DNA of 62,929 nt, counting the filler, from Reclinomonas americana ATCC 50394 (taxonomy: Eukaryota), in the NCBI GenBank assembly GCA_048213135.1. It is 15 parts of 15 records of this genome, joined end to end, with 100 filler letters (N's around TTAATTAATTAA, not from the genome) between each part and the next. Parts side by side here need not be neighbours in the genome. Positions count along the whole stretch, not along the records: positions 37,250 to 40,905 come from AFZH01018147.1; positions 41,006 to 50,705 come from AFZH01018149.1; 13 more parts are not named here. The stretch is one strand, 5' to 3'. This document shows positions 37,250 through 48,761 of the stretch, piece by piece. The position numbers were made by a program, and so were the translations under genes. The notes beneath the pieces are model-generated. The model did not search any database, had not been told where the DNA came from, and saw only the letters and a list, made by a program, of their open reading frames with translations. Every line of letters begins with the position of its first letter. The first letter of the stretch is position 1.

Positions 37250-37609
37250 GCTGTTACTCCCAGCGGTCAGCATATTGTGAGTGGGAGCGAGGACAGCACC
37301 GTGCGGATGTGGTCTCTGGCAAGTGGCGGCGAGGAAGTACGAAAGTTGGAGCGACACACTGGATGGGTGTCGTCTGTGGCCGTCTCTCCCAATGGTCAGC
37401 ACATTGTGAGTGCGGGTGGCTACGACGAGACTGTGCGAGTGCGGTCCACGCCGCGTGGCCTTGCTGGCTTCGAACTCGACGCCGCGCGCTCGGCCATGCT
37501 GACTGTGCAGAAGATGCAGGAGGAGGAGGTAGATTCACGATGTCTTCCCGAGCTGGTTCTGCGCTGCTTTATCGTCGAGGATGCCGAGGTCGTCCTTTTC
37601 CGGTGCTGA
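37250..37609 (+). CDS. WD40 array gene, type-A tail (5' part in gap)
   Basis: The last two blades plus STPRGL...CLPELVLRCFIVEDAEVVLFRC*. Confidence 0.8.
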   Translation, partial: AVTPSGQHIVSGSEDSTVRMWSLASGGEEVRKLERHTGWVSSVAVSPNGQHIVSAGGYDETVRVRSTPRGLAGFELDAARSAMLTVQKMQEEEVDSRCLPELVLRCFIVEDAEVVLFRC

Positions 37610-39628
37610 GGTGGTGAGTCGAAGGGAGGGAGAGCGGTGGCTGTTGGAGATTGTGAGTTGTTTTCGTGTCTTGCGAGGGAGAGTGGGTGATCATGCAAGG
37701 TGCAGATTGAAGAAGAGAGGATGACAGACGAGAGGAGAGAAGTCGACGTGGATGATGCAGAATTGTTCTCCGTGCTTGTTGCCCTATCATGTGAGTGAGA
37801 GAGAGGTAGTGAAGCACGTCTCCCTCTGTGTGCGTGCCTCTTTCTCACCTCCGTTTGTGTGTGCGAGCGAGATGAATCAATTGGTAGTCTGTGATTTCAT
37901 TTCCCCTCGTTGTGATGTCTGTTGTGCGTGCATCTTTCGTCGCTGATATACGTGCCTCATGAGAGCGAGTCACCGTTGTCTGCTTCCCTCGCGTCTTGTT
38001 TTGCGCACCTCCTTGGCTCCGCTATACTCTGCTTCCCATTGTGCCTGTGCGCCGCGGACATTCTCTTTCCGGTTCTGAAAAATGCCTGTCATTCCGCTCT
38101 CCCCTTTTTTCTCCCTTGCAGAGTCTCTCTCTTTCTCCGCCGTCTCCCTCCTTTGTGCGCTCATCTGATTCCCCAGAAATCCGCCCCTCCTTGCCGCACA
38201 CGCTCGAGGCCGAGCATGCTGGTCTGCTCACCGTGTTCCGACTGCCATCCTGCCATCGTGTTGGGCAGTCCATCATGGTGAGCATCCCGACACCGAAGGG
38301 TGTGAGGTGACATGACTCATACTGACTCCGCTCTCCCCCTATTGAAGGATGGTTGTGTGTGCAGAAGCTTCCCTTGGCTTGCCTCTTGCCCAAACGCGTG
38401 TTGGTATCAGGTGCTGATCGGTGTGTTCGTCACGTGAGACAGAGCAAATTTCTCTCTCCTTCCTCCATTCTTTCGCTCACAGTGTACCGACATGCAGACA
38501 CCTTGGAAGCACGTGTTCTTCGTCGTTGTTCCGTAATGATTGCAGGCGTGCTGTGCATCGCCCATCGCCGGCTGTCACCTCACTCAATCGGCTCCACACC
38601 CGTTCACGAAGCAGGTGGGTGGCCATGGCCTTGCTCGTCTTGATCTCTCTTTCCTCCTTCCCTCCCACTCACCTCGTTCGTGCAGGCCGTGCATGCTATG
38701 GAGAGTGTGGCTGGGTGGATGTACACATGCGTGTCGTGATGTGCGCTGGTGGCCTGGTCGGTGGATCGTTTTCGATCCCGGCTCTCGAGTCGGAGCAGAT
38801 CGATGATGTGCGCACGTTGGTTGCTGCTCACACTGCCAAGTGACAATGGTGGTGGCCACGGAAGACTGCACACACGTGCGACGCCAGCAACACATGGTGA
38901 GTGCGTGTTCTGTTTCTGCACTGAGGAGCAAGTTGATGAGATTCGGAGATCGACTGACTCAGTTCGGTGTGTGCCATGAACACAGGCGTCCTGGCAAGGG
39001 ATTGGCATGCGAAGACACGTGGTTCCATGCCTCACAGTACACCCATGAGACGATTCACCGGCCGACTGTGAGTGTGATTGAAGGGACGAGGCATCGATTG
39101 TGACTTGTGTGATAGGAGACGTGTCTCACGACACAGCTGCCTCTTCCACCGCTGAGCTGCTGGTCGCTTCTCTTTTATTCCTTGTGACTCTCCTTCTTCA
39201 GTGTCTCACGTCAACCTCGCTGTGGGCCGATCCAAGGAGTCGATGACTCGTTTGTGCGGGTGTGTCGTGCTGTGGCGTCATGATCAGCACAACAGGGCCA
39301 CAGCTGCGTATCCAAGCAGCACGACATGCCAGTCCCTGGACAGCAGCGCGATGCAATGGAGCGCCAACCTCGTGTCACCACCACCACCTTGCATGTCCAT
39401 TCTGCCGATTTCTCATCGACAAGTCCCATGTCGGTCTTCAAAAGCCTACACGCATCAAAGAAGCCACATTGCTCTCATACTGCTGTATGGTGTGTGGGGT
39501 ACTGGTTGCAGCCTGGCGAGGGATGCGGGACGTCTCGGAGCAAGGCGGAGAAGAAATGCGGGAAACAGTGACAATCCCGAGCGAGCAAATCACACACTCT
39601 CTCTCTCTCACACACACGCTCACGGAGA

Positions 39629-40795
39629 ATGGCAACAAAGGTGTGAATGTGTGCGCGCTTTGCGTGGTTGGTGTCTGTGCATGCATTCGTGTGCTCGTGC
39701 GTGTGTGCGGTTGTTGTTGTTCTTTGTGTTTGTGCATGTGCGTCTCACCGCGAATGATTGACACAGATCATTCAGAGTCTCGCTTCTTCGGTGCGGTCCG
39801 TCGCTGTCACTCCCGACGGCAAGCACATTGTCGGTGGGTGCTTGGACAGCTCCGTTCGAGTGTGGTCTTTGGCGAGTGGAGAAGAAGTGCGACGGCTGGG
39901 GGGACACGCTGGCGAGGTGTTGTCTGTCGCCGCCACTCCCGATGGCCTGCACATTGTGAGTGGGGATGGAGACTGTAACGTGCGTGTGTGGTCGCTGGAG
40001 AGTGGCGAGGAGGTGCTGCGGCTGGAGGGACACACTGGATGGGTGATGTCTGTCGCCGTCACTCCCGATGGTCAGCACGTTGTGAGTGGGGATGGAGACA
40101 ACACAGTGCGAGTGTGGTCTCTGGCAAGTGGGGAAGAGCTGCGACGGCTGGAGGGACACACCGACATGGTGCGGTCTGTCGCCGTCACTTCTGATGGTCA
40201 CCACATTGTCAGTGGCGGTGAAGACAACACAGTGCGGGTATGGTTGCTGGCGAGCGGCGAAGAAGTGCGGCGGTTGGAGGGACACACTGACTGGGTGCAG
40301 TCTGTCGCTGTTTCTCCAGACGGTCAGCACATCGTGAGTGGCTGTATGGACAAAATGGTGAGAGTGTGGTCACTGACGAGTGGAGAAGAAGTGCGACGAC
40401 TAGAAGGACACACTGGATTGGTGTATTGCGTCACCGTCACTCCGGATTGTCAGCATATCGTGAGCGGGAGTGGAGACAACACAGTGCGGGTATGGTCTCT
40501 GGCGAGTGGCGAGGAAGAGCGACGATTGGAGGGTCATGACGGATGGGTATCGTGTGTGGCCGTCTCTTCCGATGGTCTCCACATTGTGAGTGCAGGTGGC
40601 TACGACGAGACCGTGCGAGTGTGGTCCACGCCGCGTGGCCTCGCTCGTCTCGAACTCGACGCCGCGCGCTCGGCCATGCAAGCTGTGCAGGAGATGCAGG
40701 AGGACGAGGAGGAAGTAGATTCTCGATGCCTTCCCGAGCTGGTTCTGCGCTGTTTCATCGTCGAGGATGCCGAGGTCGTCCTTTTCAGGTGCTGA
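39629..40795 (+). CDS. 7-blade WD40 protein, type-A tail
   Basis: Exon 1 is 39629-39640 (MATK). A GT-AG intron precedes exon 2 (39767-40795), which has seven 42-aa repeats. Confidence 0.9.
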
Positions 40796-42103
40796 GTCGG
40801 TGAGTCGAAGGGAGGGAAGGTGGCTGCTGGTGACTGGGAGTTGTTTTTCGTGTCTTTTGAGGGAGAGTGGGTGGTTGTGCGGGGTGCAGGTGGAGGAAGA
40901 GAAAANNNNNNNNNNNNNNNNNNNNNNNNNNNNNNNNNNNNNNNNNNNNTTAATTAATTAANNNNNNNNNNNNNNNNNNNNNNNNNNNNNNNNNNNNNNN
41001 NNNNNTCTCCTCCTTCCCTCCCACTCGCCTCATTCATGCAGGCTGCGCATGCTATGGAGAGCGTGGCTGGGTGGGTGTACACATGTGTGTCGTGATGTGC
41101 GACGGATGGCCTGGTCGGTGGATCGTTTTCAATCCCGGCTGGAAGTCGGAGCGGATCGATGATGTGCGCACCTTGGCTGCTGCTGTCTCTGTCGAGTGAT
41201 GATGCTGGTGGCCATGGAAGACTGCAGACGCGTGCTCGGCAATCTACTCATGGGTGGACACATGCGTGTCGTGTTTCCCGATGGCGCCGGCCTGGTCGGT
41301 GGATCGATTTCAATCCCGGCTGGCAAGTTGGAGCGGATCGATGATGTGCGCTTCTTGGTTGCTGCTGTCGCCGCCAAGTAATGATGGTGATGGCCATGGG
41401 AGACTGCAGACGCGCGCGTGGCCCGGTGCGTACGTGTTCTGCATCTGCGTTGAGGAGTAAGTTGGTGAGACTTGGAGATTGACTGACTCAATTCTGTGTG
41501 ACAGGCGTGCTGGCAAGGGATTGGCCACTGGCGTGCGAAGACACGTGGTTCTGTGCCTCACAGCACATGCATGAGACAATGCACCGACCGACTGTGAGTG
41601 TGATTGAAGGCGCGAGGCATTGATTGTGAGTTGGGAGAGAGGAGACGAGTCTCACGATACAGCTGCCTCGTCCATCGCTGTGCACGTGCTACTGTACTGG
41701 TCGCTCCTCTCCTGTTCCTTGTAAGACTCTTTCTTCATTGTCCCACCTCAACTTCGCTGTGGGTCGATCTAACGAGGTGTGAGGTTTCGATGTCTCAGTG
41801 CTCAATTGATTCTCGGGTGTGCCGTGGCATCAGCACACCAGGGCCACAGCTGCGCATCCAAGCAGCCGGACATGCCAGTCCTTGTTGAGAGAGAATGCAG
41901 GGCAGTAGAAAGAGAGTGTCGCTGGACATGCACGGTGCAGTGGAGCGCCACCTCGAGCCACCACCCTGCTTGTCCATTCTGCCGATTTCTCATCGACGAG
42001 TCCCATGTCGGTCATCGAAAGCCCACACGCATCATCGGAGTCACGTCGCCCACACTACCGCATGCTGTGTGGGGTACTGGCTGCAGCCTGGCGAGCGATG
42101 GAC

Positions 42104-42170
42104 GACGTCTCAGAGCAAGGCGGGAGAAGAAAGGCGGGAAACAGTGACAATCCCGAGCGAGCAAATCACA
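42104..42170 (+). promoter_or_regulatory. Conserved putative promoter block upstream of array genes (GCGGGAAA, E2F-like)
   Basis: gacgtctc.gagcaaggcg...gcgggaaac..tg.caatcc.gagcgagcaa precedes a (CA)n tract in 7 units (~39530, 42104, 45275, 48543, 53836, 57226, 60878). Function is inferred from position only. Confidence 0.45.
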
Positions 42171-42193
42171 CACACACATACACCACACGGAGA

Positions 42194-43360
42194 ATGGCAA
42201 CCAAGGTGTGAATGTATGCGCACTTTGCGTGGTTGGTGTCTGTGCGTGCATTCGCAGCGTGTGCTTGTGCTCGTGCATGTGCGGTTGTTGTTCTTTGTGT
42301 TTGTGCATGTGCGTCTCACCGCGAATGATCGACGCAGATCATTCAAAGTCTCGCGACTGTGGTGCGATCAGTCGCCGTCACTCCCGACGGCAAACACATT
42401 GTGGGTGGGTGCGAGGACAACACGATTCGAGTGTGGTCTCTGGCGAGTGGCAAGGAGGTGCGACGGCTGGAGGGACACGATGGCGGGGTGTTCCCTGTCG
42501 CCGTCACTCTTGATAGTCAGCTTATTGTCAGTGGGGGCGGAGACTGTACCGTGCGTGTGTGGTTGCTGGCGAGTGGCAAGGAGGTTCGACGATTTGAGGG
42601 GCACACCGACTCGGTGTTCTCTGTCGCCGTCACCCCCGATGGTCAGCACATCGTGAGTGGCGGTGAAGACAGCACCATCCGGGTGTGGTCGCTGGCGAAT
42701 GGGGAGGAGGTGCGACGGCTGCAGGGGCACACTGCAAGGGTGATGTCTGTGGCAGTCACCCCTGATGGTCAGCATGTGGTGAGTGGGAGCGAGGACAGCA
42801 CCGTGCGGGTGTGGTTGCTGGCGAGTGGCGAAGAAGTGCGGCGGTTGGAGGGACACACTTATTGGGTGAAGTCAGTCGCTGTTACTCCAGATGGACAGCA
42901 CATCGTGAGTGGGAATGGAGACCGCACCCTGCGAGTGTGGTCGTTGGAGAGTGGAGACCAAGTGCGACGTTTCGAGGGACACACTTCATGGGTGTGTTGT
43001 GTTACCGTCACTCCCGATGGTCAGCACATCGTGAGTGGGAGTGGAGACAGCACCATTCGGGTGTGGTCTCTGGAGAGTGGAGAGGAAGTGCGACGGTTGG
43101 AGGGACACACTGAATGGGTATCGTCTGTGGCCGTCTCTCCCGATGGTCTGCACATTGTCAGTGCGGGTGGCGACGACGAGACCGTGCGAGTGTGGTCCAC
43201 GCCGCGTGGCCTTGCTCGTCTCGAACTCGACGCCGCGCGCTCCACCATGCAGGCCGTGCAGGAGATGCAGGAGGAGGAAGTAGATTCACGGTGCCTTCCC
43301 GAGCTGGTTCTGCGCTGTTTCATCGTCGAGGATGCCGAGGTCGTTCTTTTCCGGTGCTGA
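42194..43360 (+). CDS. 7-blade WD40 protein, type-A tail
   Basis: Exon 1 is 42194-42205 (MATK); exon 2 is 42338-43360. Confidence 0.9.
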
Positions 43361-45381
43361 GTTGGTGAGTCGAAGGGAGGGAGAGTGGTGGCTGCTGGTG
43401 ATTGTGAGTTATTTCCGTGTCGTGCGAGGGAGAGTGGGTGATCGTGCGGGATGCAGGTGGGGGAAGAGAGGAAGGCAGAGATTGTTGTTTACGAGGAACT
43501 CTCCCGTGCTTGTTGCCCTGGCGTGAATGAGAGTGAGAGGTCGTGAAGCACGTCTCTCTCTGTATGCGTGTCTCATTCTCACCTCCATTTGTGTGTGCAA
43601 GTGCGATGAATAACTTGGGAGGCTGTTCTGTCTTTCTGTCTCTTTGTGTTGTCTGTTGTGCGTGCATCTTTCGTCGCCCATGTACGTGCCTCAGGAGAGC
43701 GAGTCGCCGTTGTCTGTTTCCCTCGCATCTTGTTTTGCGCACCTCCTTGGCACCGCTGTCCTCTGCTTCCCATTGTGCACGTGCGCCGGACATTCTGCTT
43801 CCGACTGCAAAGAATGCCTGTCTTTCAGCTCTCTTTTTCCTGCCTTCTGCAGAGTCTATCTCTTTCTCCGCCATCTCCCTGCCTTTGTGCGCTCATCTGC
43901 CTCCCCAGTCATCCGCCTCTTCTTCCCGCACAAGCTCGAGACTGAGCATGCTGGTCTGCTCATGATGCATCGATTGCCAGCGATTGCCAGTCCATCATGG
44001 TGAGCTTCCCGATGCCGAAGTGTGTGTGGTGGCATAACTGCATACAAACTCTGCTCTTTCTCTCCCTTGTAGGATGGTTGTGTGAGCGTCCCTTGGCTTG
44101 CCTCTTGACCAACCGCGTGTTGGCATCAGGTGCTGATCGGTGTGTTCGTCGTTGAGACAAAGCAGATTTCTCTCTCCTTCCTCTATTCCTTTTGCTCACA
44201 GCACACCGATATGCGACACCTTGGAAACACGTGCTCGTTGTTGTTCCATGACAATGACAGACGTGCTGTGCATCGCTCGTTACCGGCTGTCACCTCACTC
44301 ACTCGAATCCCACCATGCATGCACGTAGCAGGTGCGTGGCCTTGTTTGTCTTGATCTCTCTTTCTTCTTTCTCCCCCACTCACCTCATCCATGCAGACCG
44401 TGCATGTCATGGAATGCATGGCGAGGGGGATGTACACATGTGTGTCGTGATGTGCGATGGATGGCCTGGTCGGTTGATCGTTAACGTTTTCAGTCCCGGC
44501 TGGCAAGTCGGAGCGGATCGATGGTGTGCGGACCTTGGCTATTGCTGTCACTGCCGAGTGACAATGATGGTGGCCATGGGGAGACTGCTGATACGTGCAA
44601 GGCCAGCAACACATGGTGCGTGAGTGTTTTGCTCCTTCGTTGAGGAGCAAGTCGGCGAGACTTGGAGATTGACTGACTCAATTCTGTGTGACAGGCGTGC
44701 TGGCAAGTGACTGGCATGCGAAGACACGTGGTTCTGTGCCTCACAGTACATGCATGAGACGATGCACCGACCGACTGTGAGTGTGATTGAAGGCACGAGG
44801 CATTGACTGTGATCTGGGTGAAGGGGAGGCGAGTCCCATGACGCAGCTGCCTCGTCCACCGCTGAGCTGCTGTGCTGGTCGCTGCTCTCCTGTCTCTTAT
44901 GGCTCCTTTTCTTCATTGTCTCACCTCAACTTCGCTGTGGGCCGATCCGAGGAGGTGTGCGGTTTCGATGACTCGGTTCTCATTGGATTCTTGTGACAAC
45001 ATGAACAACAGGGCCACAGCTGCACATCCAAGCAGCCCGACAATCCAGTCCTCGTTGGCAGAGAATGCAGGCCAGTCAAAGGGAGTGTCGCTGGTCAGCA
45101 GCGCGATGCAGTGGAGCGCGACCTGGTGTCACCACCGCCTGCATGTCCATTCTGCCGACCTCGCATCGACGAGTCTCATGTCGGTCTTCGAAAGCCCACA
45201 CTCATCTTCAGATCCACGTCGCTCACACTGCCGGTTGCTGTTGATTGCTGGCTGCAGCGTGGCGAGGGATGGACGACGTCTCAGAGCAAGGCGGGAGAAA
45301 CAGGCGGGAAACAGTGACAATCCCGAGCGAGCAAATCACACACACACACACACACACACACAATCACACAACGCACGGAGA

Positions 45382-46542
45382 ATGGCAACCAAGGTGGGAA
45401 TGTGTGCGCACTTTGCGTGGTTGGTGTCTGTGCGTGCATTCGTGTGTTCCTGCGTGTGTGCGGTTGTTGTTCTGTGTCTTCGAATGTTGCTGTGTGTGTC
45501 TCACCGCGGGTGGTCGGCACAGATCATTAGTCTCGCGACTGCGGTGTGGTCCATTACCGTCACTCCCGACGGCAAGCACATTGTTGGTGGATGTGACGAC
45601 AGCACCGTTCGTGTGTGGTCTTTGGCGAGTGGAGAAGAAGTGCGACGGCTGGGGGGACACGCTGGCGAGGTGTTGTCTGTCGCCGTCACTCTCGATGGCC
45701 TGCACATTGTGAGTGGGAGCGGAGACCGTACCGTGCGTGTGTGGTCGATGGCGAGTGGGGAAGAGGTGCGACGGTTAGAGGGACACTCCCGGGAGGTGCG
45801 GTCAGTTGCCGTCACACCAGATGGCCAGCACGTTGTCAGCGGCAGCTACGATAACACAGTGAGAGTGTGGTCTCTGGCGAGTGGCAAGGAGGTGCGACGG
45901 ATGGAAGGACACGCTGGCTGGGTGCTCTCTGTAGCCGTCACCCCCGATAGTCAGCATATAGTGAGTGGGAGCGGGGACTGCACTGTGCTGGTGTGGTTGC
46001 TGGCGAGCGGAAAGGAGGTGCGACGGTTGGCGGGACACACTGGATGGGTGATGTCAGTCGCTGTTACTCCAGATGGTCAGCACATCGTAAGCGGGAGCGG
46101 GGACAACACAGTGCGGGTGTGGTCGCTGATGAGTGGAGACCAAGTGCGACAGTTGGAGGGACACACTGGTGCGGTGTGGTCTGTCGCTGTCACTCCCGAC
46201 GGCCAACAAGTCGTGAGCGGGAGCGGGGATGGCTCCATTCGGTTGTGGTCTCTGGCGAGTGGCGCGGAGGTGCGGCGGTTGGAGGGACACACTGGATGGG
46301 TGTCGTCTGTGGCCGTCTCTCCCGATGGTCTCCACATTGTGAGTTCGGGTGGCATTGACAATATCGTGCGAGTGTGGTCCACACCACGTGGCCTTGCTGG
46401 CTTCGAACTCGACGCCGCACGCTCGGCCCTGCGAGTGGTGCAGGAGATGCAGGAGGAAGAAGAAGATTCTCGATGCCTTCCCGAGCTGGTTCTGCGCTGC
46501 TTCATCGTCGAGGATGCCGAGGTCGTCCTTTTCCGGTGTTGA
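45382..46542 (+). CDS. 7-blade WD40 protein, type-A tail
   Basis: Exon 1 is 45382-45393 (MATK); exon 2 is 45523-46542. Confidence 0.9.
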   Translation: MATKVGMCAHFAWLVSVRAFVCSCVCAVVVLCLRMLLCVSHRGWSAQIISLATAVWSITVTPDGKHIVGGCDDSTVRVWSLASGEEVRRLGGHAGEVLSVAVTLDGLHIVSGSGDRTVRVWSMASGEEVRRLEGHSREVRSVAVTPDGQHVVSGSYDNTVRVWSLASGKEVRRMEGHAGWVLSVAVTPDSQHIVSGSGDCTVLVWLLASGKEVRRLAGHTGWVMSVAVTPDGQHIVSGSGDNTVRVWSLMSGDQVRQLEGHTGAVWSVAVTPDGQQVVSGSGDGSIRLWSLASGAEVRRLEGHTGWVSSVAVSPDGLHIVSSGGIDNIVRVWSTPRGLAGFELDAARSALRVVQEMQEEEEDSRCLPELVLRCFIVEDAEVVLFRC

Positions 46543-48761
46543 GTCGGTGAGTCGAAGGAAGAGAAGGTGGCTGCTGGTGATTGTGAGTTGCTTTTCGTGC
46601 GCGTGTCTTGCGAGGGAGAATGGGTGGTTGTGCATGGTGCAGGTGGGGGAAGAGATAATGACAGAGGAGGAGAGTGAGGTCGTTGATGCAGAATTGTTCT
46701 CCCGTGCTTGTTCCCCTTTCATGTACACGTGAATGTGACTGTGCGGGCGTGAAGCATGTCTCCCTCTGTGTGCGTGTCTCTTTCTCACCTCAATTGGTGC
46801 GTGCCAGTGCGATGAATCACCTGGGAGTCTCTTGCGTTTTTCGTCTCTTTTGTGATAATTGTTGTGCGTGCTTCTTTAGTCGTGCATGTGTGTGCCTCAG
46901 GAGAGCGAGTCAACGATGATTGTTTCATTGTGTCTTGCTTTGCACACTTCCTTGGCGCCAATACTCTGTGTCCCATTGTGCATGTGCGCCGTGGACATTC
47001 TCCTTCCGACTCTGAAGAATGCATGTCTTGCACCTCTAGATCTCTCTCTCTCTCTCTCTTTCCCTTACAGAGTCTCTCTCTTTCCCCACCGTCTTTCTCC
47101 TTTGTGCGCTCATCTGCTTCCTCAGTCATCCACCCCATCCTTCCCGCACAAGCTCGATACGAGTATCTGCCCAAGATGCGCCGACTACCATCCTACCATC
47201 GTGTTGGGCCGTCCATCATGGTGAGCATCTCGACGCCAAAGTGTGTGGGGTGGCATGACTACATGCTGATTCTTCTCTTCCTCTCCTTTGCAGGATGGAT
47301 GTATGTACAGAAGCATCCCTCGCCTTGTCTCTTGCCCAAACGCGTGTGTTGGTTTCAGGTGCTGATCGGTGTGTTCGTCGTTGAGACGGAGCAGATATCT
47401 CTCTCCTTCCTCCATTCTTCGCTCACATGCAGGCACCTTAGGGGCAGGTCCCCCTCGTTGTTCCGTAATGATTGCAGGCGTGCTGTGCATCGCCCGCTGC
47501 CGGCTGTCACCTCACTCAGTCGGCCCCCCACCCGCATCCCACCATACACGAAGCAGGTGTGTGGACTTGTTCGACGTGATCTTTCTTTCCTCTTTCCCTC
47601 CCACTCAATTCGTTCGTGCAGGCCGTGCACGCTATGAGGTGCGTGGCTGGGTGGGTGTACACATGCGTGCCGTGATGTGCAATGGTGCCCTGGTCGGTGG
47701 ATCGTATTCAATCCCGGCTGGCAAGTCGGGGCGGATCGATGATGTGCGCTCCTTGGTTGTCGCTCTCACTGCCGAGTGACCATGGTGGTGGCCACGGGAG
47801 ACTGCAGACATGTGCGAGGCCAGCGACTCATGGTGCGTTCATGCATTTTCTGTATCTGCGTTGAAGAGCAAGTTGGCGAGAGTTGGAGATTGACTGACTC
47901 AGTTCGGTGTGTGCCATGAACACAGGCGTGCTGGCCATGGCAAGTGACTGACACGCATGCAACTTGACGATACGTGGTTCCGTGCCTCACAGTACATGCG
48001 TGAGACGATTCACCGGCCGACTGTGAGTGTGATTGAAGGCACGAAGCATTGATTGTGACTTGGGTGAGAGGGAGACGAGTCTCACAACACAGCTACCTCT
48101 TCCATCGCTGTGCTGCTGTGCTGATCGCTCCTCTTCTGTTCCTTGTGGCTTTCGTTCTTCCTTGTACCATCATCAACCTCGCTGTGGGCCGATCCAAGGA
48201 GGTGTGACGTTCCGATGACTCGGTGCTCAGTGGATTCTCGCGATCGGGTGTGCTGTGACATCAGCACACCAGGGCCACAGCTGCGTATCCAAGCAGACCG
48301 ACATTCCAGTCCTCGTTGAGAGAAAATACAGGTCAGTCGAAAGAGAGTGTCGCTGGACATGCACGGTGCAATGGAGCGACAACCTCGTGTCACCACTACC
48401 CTGCTTGTCCATTTCTGCCGACTCCTCATCGACCTGTCCCATGTCGGTCTTCGAATGCCCACATGCATCAACGAAGCCACATCGCTCTCACACTACCACG
48501 TGCTGTGTGGGATGCTGGCTGCAGCCTGGCGAGGGATGGACGACGTCTCAGAGCAAGGCGAGAGAAGAAAGGCGGGAAACAGTGTCAATCCCGAGCGAGC
48601 AAATCACACACACTGCTTGCACGACGGAGAACAGACTCTTCGTGACCACCACAGACGAGTACCGACCTACCAGTTGGCTTGCTCTCCGAAGAGAAGAAGC
48701 CAACCGAAGCGAACCAACAAGAGAGAGGACACAAGAGTCATCTTGTCCTTCCACTTCTCCA

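Noticed and set aside
39620..40330. Antisense and alternate-frame ORFs over WD40 genes and spacer ORFs
   Set aside because: They are shadows of the repetitive coding strand; spacer frames are broken by different indels in each copy.
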